This document shows positions 56,743 to 64,000 of a stretch of DNA of 64,000 nucleotides, piece after piece. The notes under the pieces are model-generated. The model ran no database searches and was not told the DNA's origin. It saw only the letters and a program-made list of their open reading frames with translations. Each line of letters opens with the position of its first letter. Position 1 is the stretch's first letter. The stretch covers positions 73,690 through 137,689 of the forward strand of contig CAMDBA010000002.1 in assembly GCA_945888995.1 (NCBI GenBank), written 5' to 3'. Both the position numbers and the translations under genes were made by a program. This stretch comes from a bacterium UBP8_UBA817. GTDB lineage: Bacteria > Margulisbacteria > Marinamargulisbacteria > CAMDBA01.

Positions 56743-58218
56743 ATGCTAAGTTTTTTACGCAATAACGCGATTTATATCGGATGGGGCATCGTGATTTTAT
56801 TTGTAGGAACGATGTTTACAGGCACTGTGTTTCTGGGACTTCAAGGCAAATCATCGTCCGAAAAGCCTCAGGATCTCACCGGACAGATCGCCGTTGTGGG
56901 GAATACCCCGGTAGATAAACGCAAATACGCGGAAGTATTAAACTCCCTTTATAACCAATACAGATCAGCAGGAAAAAGTGCCTCGCTCTCACCTAATGTG
57001 GTCGAAAGCCTGCAATTCGTCGCTTTTCAACAAGCGCTGCAATACACCCTTCTTTTAAAAGGGGCTGAAGCACAGCGCATTAATGTGTCGGGAGCAGAGC
57101 TGGATGGTGCCATTGATACTATTTTAAAGCAATATAAGCTCAAAGATAAAGGGGCATTAAAAGACTTATTAAAGCAAAATCAATATCCCTATGATGAATT
57201 TGAACAAGGTATCCGAAATGAAATCATGGTGCGCAAATTCTCAGGCGGTTTGCAATCCTCGGTCACGGTCAGCGAACGGGATGTGGAAAATAAATATTCC
57301 GAAGTAAACATTCAGCACTTATTGGTTATGCCGAAAGTATCCACCACCAACAACCAGGATGAACAAAAAAAATATGATGAAGAGGCACAGAAAAAAGTAT
57401 TAGATATTCAAAAGCAGATTCAAAACGGATTGAGTTTTGATGAAGCGGCAAAGACGTCTTCGGATGATTTGGCCACACGGCCTAACGGGGGACAGTTAGG
57501 ATGGGTTGGCGTCGGTAAGATGGTGCCGGAATTCGAAGCAGTGGCCTTCGTTCTGGATCAAGACGAAGTGTCTCAGCCTGTTCGAACCGCATACGGATAT
57601 CATTTGATTAAGCTTCTGGACCGACGTGAAAAGCGCCGTCCGATTAACCTTGATATCGAAAAAGAGAAAGCAGCGATTTTAAAAGACAAACAACAACGTG
57701 CGCTTCAAAGCTATTTTTCGACCATTCTGAACACATCTAAAATTCAGATTCTGGATCCGTCGCTTGAAGCATTTAAAGCCAAAAGCGAAGGTGATTTTGC
57801 GACCGCTTTCGGGGCCTACCAAAGCCTCGTTTCCCAAAATCCAACCAATCCTCTTCCGCATTATTATATTGCGAAGCTCTATGAACAATTGGGTAACCTG
57901 AAAAACGCAAAATTAGAACTTCAAAAAGCGTCTATTAAAGGCGAACTGAACAAAAGTATGGATCTTCCCATTATCCATATTGAGTTAGCCGGACTCTACC
58001 AACGTGACGGCAATCTCAGCGAAGCTCAAAAAGAATATGACAAAGCCTTAACGCTTTCCGATGCCGATATGACATCGTTGGAAACGTTATTGGGCATCTT
58101 CAAAAAACGGGGTGATGCGGGTAAAGTTCGGGCGACTCGAGCAAAAATCACCACTTTAAAATTGAAACTGGCTCCGTCGGCAACCCCGACCACAACTGCT
58201 CCGCCAGCCGCTAGATGA
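56743..58218 (+). CDS. membrane-anchored parvulin-type peptidyl-prolyl isomerase/chaperone (PpiD/SurA-like) with C-terminal TPR
   Basis: 491 aa; N-terminal TM anchor; SurA-like helical region; PpiC domain (GQLGWVGVGKMVPEFE...GYHLIKL); TPR repeats; Ala/Pro/Thr-rich tail. Confidence 0.65.
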   Translation: MLSFLRNNAIYIGWGIVILFVGTMFTGTVFLGLQGKSSSEKPQDLTGQIAVVGNTPVDKRKYAEVLNSLYNQYRSAGKSASLSPNVVESLQFVAFQQALQYTLLLKGAEAQRINVSGAELDGAIDTILKQYKLKDKGALKDLLKQNQYPYDEFEQGIRNEIMVRKFSGGLQSSVTVSERDVENKYSEVNIQHLLVMPKVSTTNNQDEQKKYDEEAQKKVLDIQKQIQNGLSFDEAAKTSSDDLATRPNGGQLGWVGVGKMVPEFEAVAFVLDQDEVSQPVRTAYGYHLIKLLDRREKRRPINLDIEKEKAAILKDKQQRALQSYFSTILNTSKIQILDPSLEAFKAKSEGDFATAFGAYQSLVSQNPTNPLPHYYIAKLYEQLGNLKNAKLELQKASIKGELNKSMDLPIIHIELAGLYQRDGNLSEAQKEYDKALTLSDADMTSLETLLGIFKKRGDAGKVRATRAKITTLKLKLAPSATPTTTAPPAAR

Positions 58219-59096
58219 CACAACGGACACTGCATCTCGTAAGCTTTGCCATCACGATCGCGATCGTTGGGGGGGTGCTTTTTTTGTCGACTCAGGAGTC
58301 TTCAAAGCGATTTGCGGAGTTTCTGACAAAAAACCAGAAACAACATTTTTCTCAGCTGAAAAAAGGAGAGCGAGACTTGGTCTCCCACCTCCGGTTAGTC
58401 TCTGGGGAGCTGAATGTTTTTCCGATACAAGATCGGCATCTTTACGGCTTGCTGGCGTCTTACCGGTTAGAGGAGGGTAAGCCTCTCGTGACATATCGTC
58501 CCGGACCGACCGGACAGTTAACCATCCAATCTTCCAAGTGGCGGCAATTGGGTGTGCTGGGAAAAGATGCCTGGAGTCTGGGTCTTAGCAAAGAGGTGCT
58601 ACATGACTTGAATATAACCACGCATACGGCCCGGCAAAATCTAAATTTATCCGGCATTCCGCTAAAACATTTAGCCATAAAATCAGGAACAAGTCGGCTT
58701 AATTTATATTTCAATATCTCAAATCCCGTCTCAATGTCAGAGATGTCGGTTCGCTTAGGCGCTACCGATTGCCGAATTTTCGGACTTTTGAGAGCACGGG
58801 CGAAGACTATCCATCTGGAAGGTGCCGGACGGTTTCTCCTGGATTTTTCGGGGACATTGTCGCAATCTTCTTTTGTCAGTATCACGGGAGGGATTGGGAA
58901 GCTGAAGTTGCTGATTCCTGCAAAAGCCAATGCCCGTATACAATTTTCTGACCGTCTTTTGACGGTCTTTAATATCCAGGGATTTTACAAGATTTCTGAA
59001 AATCAATATATTAGTGATACATTTGATCCGGATAAGCCGGTTTTAGACATCACTGTAAAGATTAAGTCCGGTAGTCTCTTAGTAAAGGCCCTTTAA
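58215..59096 (+). CDS. membrane-anchored DUF4097-like (LiaG/LiaF C-domain-like) beta-structure protein
   Basis: 293 aa; N-terminal TM; repetitive beta-strand-like C-terminal half ending ...DITVKIKSGSLLVKAL; 4-nt overlap with upstream PPIase gene. Confidence 0.45.
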   Translation: MTQRTLHLVSFAITIAIVGGVLFLSTQESSKRFAEFLTKNQKQHFSQLKKGERDLVSHLRLVSGELNVFPIQDRHLYGLLASYRLEEGKPLVTYRPGPTGQLTIQSSKWRQLGVLGKDAWSLGLSKEVLHDLNITTHTARQNLNLSGIPLKHLAIKSGTSRLNLYFNISNPVSMSEMSVRLGATDCRIFGLLRARAKTIHLEGAGRFLLDFSGTLSQSSFVSITGGIGKLKLLIPAKANARIQFSDRLLTVFNIQGFYKISENQYISDTFDPDKPVLDITVKIKSGSLLVKAL

Positions 59097-59128
59097 AGGG
59101 GTCCCGGGTAAAATTAGAAGGAGTCTTT

Positions 59129-59317
59129 ATGCCTCAAAATTCTCAATTTAAAGGGGGTCTGGTTTCAGGCATTACCTTATTGACGATCGGACTTGTTTTT
59201 TTAATCGATAATCTGGGGTTGCTGGATGTCTCGATTTTGTGGCCAATTATTCCCATTGGAATCGGAATCGGTCTGATGATTCGGCATTATCGGGGACGCC
59301 GTCAGCCGAAAGAGTAG
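59129..59317 (+). CDS. small two-TM membrane protein (LiaF/LiaI N-terminal TM-like)
   Basis: 62 aa; two hydrophobic helices and basic C-terminal tail RHYRGRRQPKE; GGAG RBS. Confidence 0.45.
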   Translation: MPQNSQFKGGLVSGITLLTIGLVFLIDNLGLLDVSILWPIIPIGIGIGLMIRHYRGRRQPKE

Positions 59318-59324
59318 GTCTCCC

Positions 59325-59645
59325 TTAGCGTTTAATCACAGAGCGCATCCAGTCCAGATACTCAGGCGTACCGTCAATAATCGGACAGACAATCCATTCG
59401 GGAACATCATAAGGATGGCCTGCCAGACATGCTCGAAGGTCTGGCATACAGGTCGTTTGCGTTTTGATCAGACAGCGCCATTCGGAGGCGGTTTCTAGTG
59501 ATCCCTTCCACCGATAATGGCTTTCGATCGGACCGTTGATCTGGACACAAGCTGCCAGGCGTAGATCAAGAATGGTTTTTGCGAAGTCACGTGCCTGCTC
59601 TTTGGTTTCAAATGTGGTGCTGATCTGGATAAAATTGGTCATAAA
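59325..59645 (-). CDS. cutA: divalent-cation tolerance protein CutA
   Basis: CutA1 core ...LRLAACVQINGPIESHYRWKG...; ORF extends to 59723, but CutA-length start is the internal Met (MTNFIQIS). Confidence 0.7.
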   Translation of the reverse strand, partial: FMTNFIQISTTFETKEQARDFAKTILDLRLAACVQINGPIESHYRWKGSLETASEWRCLIKTQTTCMPDLRACLAGHPYDVPEWIVCPIIDGTPEYLDWMRSVIKR

Positions 59646-60052
59646 GTCGGCAAAATATCGGTAAAAAACGCTTTGTCTTTCGGGTGAGTTAAGAGATCTG
59701 CCACCTCTTGAGGTGCAATCCAACGTGCTTCCGGATTATCAGGATCAACCGGATTTAGCTGAGTTTCTTTTGTATGAAAGAGAAAAAACGTGATGGTTTT
59801 GTATTCCTGAGCATCCTCTTCTCCGTCCCGTCCGATTTTATACCGCGAATATTGCCCGAGTTTTCGGATCAGGCTCAGATCTTTGACGCCCGACTCTTCA
59901 TGGATTTCACGTTTGGCCGCAGTCAGTTCATCTTCATCTTCTTCGAGATGGCCTTTTGGCAACGACCAGGAAACGCCTTTTTGATTGACGACCAGAATTT
60001 CTTTCCGGGCATTGACGACGACGCCACCGGCGCTAAAGGTGTTTTTTGTCAT
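59639..60052 (-). CDS. NUDIX hydrolase
   Basis: Nudix box GHLEEDEDELTAAKREIHEESGV; AGGAGG RBS precedes the ATG at 60052 (ORF track extends to 60112). Confidence 0.8.
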   Translation of the reverse strand: MTKNTFSAGGVVVNARKEILVVNQKGVSWSLPKGHLEEDEDELTAAKREIHEESGVKDLSLIRKLGQYSRYKIGRDGEEDAQEYKTITFFLFHTKETQLNPVDPDNPEARWIAPQEVADLLTHPKDKAFFTDILPTL

Positions 60053-60065
60053 GAGGAACCTCCTT

Positions 60066-61844
60066 TTAGATAAGATAAAGGGAATCAATGAGCGATTTAT
60101 AGCGTTTTTCAATTATTTTTCGCTTGAATTTTAATGTCGGCGTGAGTTCTCCGTTTTCCTGAGAAAATCCTACCGGAAGGAGGGTGAACTTTTTTATATG
60201 TTCGTACGGTGCAAACGCGGTTAGTTTTTCGTCTATCAGGCTTGTGAAGAATTGCGTGATACCCGCTTGGGAAATGAGCTCGACGGGATCCTGAAAGAGG
60301 AGTCCTTTTTTGACCCAAAATTTTGCAAGTAGAGAAAAATTAGGCACAATTAAAGCGGTCAGGTAGTGATGTTGATCGCCGATGACCATCACTTGTGAAA
60401 TATACCGGCTGGTTTTGAGGGCTTCTTCGATGACTAGCGGCGCGACTTTTTTTCCATTTGATAGCACAATCAATTCTTTTTTACGGTCAATAATTCGGAT
60501 AAACCCGTCGCTATCGATTTTGGCAATATCTCCCGTATGCAGCCACCCGTCGGCATCAATAATCTCCTGGGTTGCGCTATTTCGATTGAAATATCCATTC
60601 ATGACATTCGGGCCTTTTACAATGAGCTCGCCGTCGTCGGCAAGTTTGACAGACATATTGGGTAAGGGAAGGCCTACCGTGCCGATTTTGTAGTGATCCG
60701 GCCGGTTACAGGCGATAACAGGTGACGTTTCGGTCATGCCGTAGCCTTCGACAATTAAAAGACCAAGGCCAAGAAAAAATTCTCCAAGCTCTTTAGATAA
60801 CGGTGCGCCGCCGGATACGAAAAATCGGAGCTTACCGCCTGTTTTTTTTCTGATTTTGTTGAAAATAAAGGCATCAGCTAATTTATATTGAAGTGTGTTA
60901 AGAGGCGTAGGGTGAACGAGATGTTGTTTAGCCACATTAGTCGCCCAATCAAAAATAGGTTTTTTAATTCCGGTGAGTTGATCATAAAGTCGGGCCTGAA
61001 TTTTTTCATATAAACGCGGAACACTGATTAAAATCGTTGGTTGCGCTTCGAGCATATCCCGGCTCACAGTGTTAATACTCTCCGCATAATAGATACTGGC
61101 GCCGACTGAGAGAACACAATAATAGCCAACCGTCCGCTCAAACGCATGCGAGAGCGGTAGGAATGAGAGAACGACATCTTCATGGGTTGTTGCTACGCAT
61201 TCGAGTATATCGGCAATATTGCTCAAAAAATTTCCATGCGTGAGCATAACGCCTTTAGCAGGTCCGGTCGTCCCGGAAGTATAGACGATACTGGCCACGT
61301 CATCGGAGGCAATATTGCCGTACGCTATTTTGAGGGCATCGGATTCAAAAGGCTCAGCGTTTGCGCCTATATGCCTCAATTCTTCCCAGCCCATCCCTGA
61401 AATATTGGAAAGGACTGGCAGGTCGCCTTGTATCAGAATAACATGGCATAGCGTGGGGCATCTGCCCAGAATCGGCCGCACGATAGTGAATAACTCAAGT
61501 GTTTCTACAATAAGAATTTTGGATTGTGAATCGGTGACAATATGCACGATTTCCGCAGGAGAAAGTGTTGTGTAAATCGGTACACTGGCGGCGCCGCACA
61601 TTAGAATGCCCATATCCGCCATCACCCATTCAGGGCGATTACCTGATAAAATCGAGACCGCATCGCCTTTTCCTAAGCCGATTGCTTTTAGCCCCAAGGC
61701 AGTTTTCATGACGGATACCGCTAAGTCTTGATAGGTAATCGGAGCATAGACCGGCGCTGCGGCAGTTTTATAAAATAACGCAGCCTTTTGCGGCCGAAGG
61801 GCTGCTTGCTCAAAAAGAAGATCGGGAAGCGCGACCGGGGTCAC
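60066..61844 (-). CDS. long-chain-fatty-acid--CoA ligase (AMP-binding family)
   Basis: 592 aa; AMP-binding motif YTSGTTGPAKGV and TGD/GWLHTGD motifs. Confidence 0.85.
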   Translation of the reverse strand: MTPVALPDLLFEQAALRPQKAALFYKTAAAPVYAPITYQDLAVSVMKTALGLKAIGLGKGDAVSILSGNRPEWVMADMGILMCGAASVPIYTTLSPAEIVHIVTDSQSKILIVETLELFTIVRPILGRCPTLCHVILIQGDLPVLSNISGMGWEELRHIGANAEPFESDALKIAYGNIASDDVASIVYTSGTTGPAKGVMLTHGNFLSNIADILECVATTHEDVVLSFLPLSHAFERTVGYYCVLSVGASIYYAESINTVSRDMLEAQPTILISVPRLYEKIQARLYDQLTGIKKPIFDWATNVAKQHLVHPTPLNTLQYKLADAFIFNKIRKKTGGKLRFFVSGGAPLSKELGEFFLGLGLLIVEGYGMTETSPVIACNRPDHYKIGTVGLPLPNMSVKLADDGELIVKGPNVMNGYFNRNSATQEIIDADGWLHTGDIAKIDSDGFIRIIDRKKELIVLSNGKKVAPLVIEEALKTSRYISQVMVIGDQHHYLTALIVPNFSLLAKFWVKKGLLFQDPVELISQAGITQFFTSLIDEKLTAFAPYEHIKKFTLLPVGFSQENGELTPTLKFKRKIIEKRYKSLIDSLYLI

Positions 61845-62116
61845 TATTCTTTAAACTCGACCTCGATGCCTCCGATACGCTTGGCAAAGAAATTATACAG
61901 ATACGCGAGAATTAGTCCGAGGATATAGGCAAAACCGGGATAAATGAGCAAAAATAACCAGATAAAAACAAATCCCCAACTAAACTGTCGCTGGGTCATC
62001 ATCGAGCCGATCGTTAAGAATTGGATAGGAAGAATAAAGAGGGCGGTGACGCCGAACACCAGAATGCCAAGCATTTTTCCGAAACTGGAAGCATCGATAT
62101 AAACAATTTCTTTCAT
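61844..62116 (-). CDS. small hypothetical membrane protein
   Basis: 90 aa, three hydrophobic helices; stop overlaps the start of the downstream acyl-CoA ligase gene. Confidence 0.4.
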   Translation of the reverse strand: MKEIVYIDASSFGKMLGILVFGVTALFILPIQFLTIGSMMTQRQFSWGFVFIWLFLLIYPGFAYILGLILAYLYNFFAKRIGGIEVEFKE

Positions 62117-62247
62117 AATAGTGAAGTATCCTAAACGGTCAAAAATTTGGGGGTCTAAAAGTTGATCTTATCAAAGTAGGTTGTGGTCCCACAAGCCATC
62201 AAAGAAAAAAAGTTTTTTTTTAATTTTTATAGGCCTATAATAAAGCT

Positions 62248-62469
62248 ATGGAAACCTATCATATCGGAGATACACCTATGATTTTGATGGAGCCCCAGGT
62301 TTACGGAGAGCTCTATAAGGCTGTCTACAAGGAGGTCCTGTCTCAGGTGATTCCTGAGTTCGAAGAAAACTTTTATGATGGGCCGCATTTTATTTTGAAA
62401 TTCTACGATATTTTTGAGCATTCAAAAAAACTCGTTATCCTGGAATCCGACACGAATCCCTTTCTCTAG
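62248..62469 (+). CDS. hypothetical protein (73 aa)
   Basis: TATAAT at 62236-62241 only 6 nt before the ATG (possible leaderless mRNA); yfiH starts 3 nt after its stop. Confidence 0.35.
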   Translation: METYHIGDTPMILMEPQVYGELYKAVYKEVLSQVIPEFEENFYDGPHFILKFYDIFEHSKKLVILESDTNPFL

Positions 62470-62472
62470 TCC

Positions 62473-63108
62473 ATGCAGGAACATTCGGATTATTATTCGG
62501 ATCTTTTACCCAATAAAGATCTTATTGCCGGTGTTAGTAAACGATCATTCGGTCTGATTGATTTGGTTGAGAGTTTGGGTCTTGAAAATAGGCCTCTGGT
62601 TCAATTGGATCAGGTCCATTCTGCGACATGTGCTGAGGTGGTGACGCCTGAGACGCAGACGCTGGCACAGACCGACGCGGCATTTACAACATTACGACAT
62701 GTCGCGCTTGCTGTAAGAACTGCAGACTGTTTGCCTATTTTGATTGCGCATCCTCAATTAGTGGGTGTCGTTCATGCGGGTAGACGCGGGACCGACTCTG
62801 AGATATTACTCAAATTATTATGGCTGATTCGGGAGCGGCATGGGATCAGCGGCGGGTTTTCTTTTTGGATGGGCCCATGTATTTGCCGCGCTTGCTATCA
62901 GGTTGATGCAGTGCAGGATATTCATTACGATCTTATGGCGCAAAACATGGCGCAGTTAGAGTCGTTTGGATGTTTATCTTCTTGCCAGGTCGTTACATCC
63001 GATTTTTGTACGAAATGCCGACAAGATATGTTTTATTCATATCGCGGAGGGGCCCGTGAATATGAGAGAACTTGGGGTATAATTACATTAACAGATCACA
63101 ATAGATAG
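62473..63108 (+). CDS. YfiH/PgeF-family (DUF152) purine-nucleoside phosphorylase/peptidoglycan editing factor
   Basis: 211 aa; conserved TADCLPIL, HAGRRG and C-terminal FYSYRGG motifs; ~25 aa shorter at N-terminus than typical members. Confidence 0.75.
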   Translation: MQEHSDYYSDLLPNKDLIAGVSKRSFGLIDLVESLGLENRPLVQLDQVHSATCAEVVTPETQTLAQTDAAFTTLRHVALAVRTADCLPILIAHPQLVGVVHAGRRGTDSEILLKLLWLIRERHGISGGFSFWMGPCICRACYQVDAVQDIHYDLMAQNMAQLESFGCLSSCQVVTSDFCTKCRQDMFYSYRGGAREYERTWGIITLTDHNR

Positions 63109-63121
63109 GTAGGCATTTGAG

Positions 63122-64000
63122 ATGAAATTGAGTATGAAAGATGGTTTTTTTAGTATATTAGACACTCTTGATATTATGGACCCCGCATTATCCGTTCATC
63201 ATCGGCAAGTCGGTTTGCTGACGCTATTTCTGGCCTCAGAATTTAAATTAGAACCCCAGGTGCGACGAGATCTTTTAGTTGCGGCGCTTTTGCATGATGT
63301 GGGTTTGCTGGAACGGGATGTTAAACCAATGCCAAATGCGCGTTATGGTCACCTTCATGCCAAACGCGGCTCGGGTCTGGTTGGCCTGATGCCGTATTTC
63401 CGCCGCCCTGCCGATTGGATCGGTTTGTCCCATTCGGCAGACTCTGTCGGAGAAGATAATGTGCCGGTTCATATTCTTCAGATATCGGAATGGATTGTCG
63501 AACAAATGGATGATTCTATTGAAATCCTCATTCAGGTGCCGACATTGTTGCAATCGGTTTCGGATCAGAAGTTTGGACATGGAGAGGAGATTGTAACCTG
63601 CCTTCGAGGCAATGCGTCTTTATGGTTTGACCTGGTCTCGCCGTTGTCGGGACGGATTGTTCGGAATGCCTGTGAAGACTTAATCGGGGATGAGGAAATT
63701 CTCTTAAAAGACCTCTGCCTGTTTTATGTGCGATTAATGGATTTCTCGAATTCGTTTACATCGATTCATTCTTGTGGAGTCGCGGAAACGGCGTTCGAAG
63801 TATCCAAACTTGCGGGATTCGATGATGAAAGTTGCCACCGGATTTATATGTGTGGATACCTTCATGACTTGGGTAAAGTCGGGATTTCTAATGAAATTTT
63901 GGATAAGCCGGGAAAGCTGACCGAAGAAGAATTTAATTATATTAAGCAGCATCCCTATTTTACATATCGTATATTAGAGCCTATCGCCGGAATGGATATC
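63122..64000 (+). CDS. HD/HD-GYP domain protein (tandem HD-type domains), 3' truncated by window edge
   Basis: Open frame with no stop from ATG 63122 to window end (not in ORF track); first HD-like unit VHHRQVG...ALLHDVGL, second HSCGVAETA...GYLHDLGKVGISNEILDKPGKLTEEEFNYIKQHP typical of HD-GYP phosphodiesterases. Confidence 0.65.
   Translation, partial: MKLSMKDGFFSILDTLDIMDPALSVHHRQVGLLTLFLASEFKLEPQVRRDLLVAALLHDVGLLERDVKPMPNARYGHLHAKRGSGLVGLMPYFRRPADWIGLSHSADSVGEDNVPVHILQISEWIVEQMDDSIEILIQVPTLLQSVSDQKFGHGEEIVTCLRGNASLWFDLVSPLSGRIVRNACEDLIGDEEILLKDLCLFYVRLMDFSNSFTSIHSCGVAETAFEVSKLAGFDDESCHRIYMCGYLHDLGKVGISNEILDKPGKLTEEEFNYIKQHPYFTYRILEPIAGMDI

Noticed and set aside
1-64000. CRISPR arrays, transposases, integrases, phage structural genes, rRNA
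   Set aside because: No long ORF-free repeat-containing stretch exists (largest gap 332 nt, no direct repeats). No ORF shows DDE/HUH transposase, tyrosine or serine recombinase, or phage motifs. No rRNA-like sequence was found.

Overview
This 64-kb window is a bacterial chromosomal segment, densely packed with housekeeping genes on both strands, and contains two tRNAs. No transposase, integrase, CRISPR array or rRNA was found. The one stretch that looks accessory and unusual is ~7.8-16.9 kb, a signalling island described below.

Identified gene sets:
- rplS
- arginine biosynthesis operon argC-argJ-argB-argF-argH, fused to ndk
- pepA
- rmuC
- def and leuA
- tRNA-Met(CAT) followed by a UPF0182 membrane protein and an FmdB-type zinc-ribbon gene
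- a translationally coupled aguB-aguA-psd-pyrC-like operon (agmatine to putrescine, plus phosphatidylserine decarboxylase and a dihydroorotase-type amidohydrolase)
- an orphan radical-SAM gene
- rpsF-ssb-ssb(paralog)-rpsR-rplI
- uvrC and an M23 peptidase
- a C5 heme operon hemA-hemC-cobA/hemD(fusion)-hemB-hemL
- a staphylococcal-nuclease-like gene
- rho, with an N-terminal extension
- slyD, with a His-rich tail
- an acyl-CoA thioesterase
- lexA, with a palindromic candidate operator
- tsaE-folK-folP
- tRNA-Leu(GAG)
- mazG and tkt
- rseP-ftsE-ftsX-ppiD-like
- a DUF4097/LiaF-like pair
- cutA-nudix-fadD-like
- yfiH/pgeF
- a 3'-truncated HD-GYP gene at the window edge

The signalling island (~7.8-16.9 kb) holds:
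- a multi-pass membrane GAF protein that carries a histidine-kinase H-box/DHp but no ATPase domain; its tail overlaps the pepA 3' end by 68 nt
- a divergently transcribed soluble histidine kinase, translationally coupled to a dual-receiver regulator (pseudo-receiver plus receiver plus unknown output domain)
- a 1266-aa STAND protein, built as a catalytically dead Ser/Thr pseudokinase, an AAA_16 NTPase and TPR repeats
- an HTH-XRE fusion protein and a small ORF behind a consensus sigma70 promoter

I propose this island as the candidate undescribed system. All calls rest on reading motifs by eye; no database searches or computations were run.
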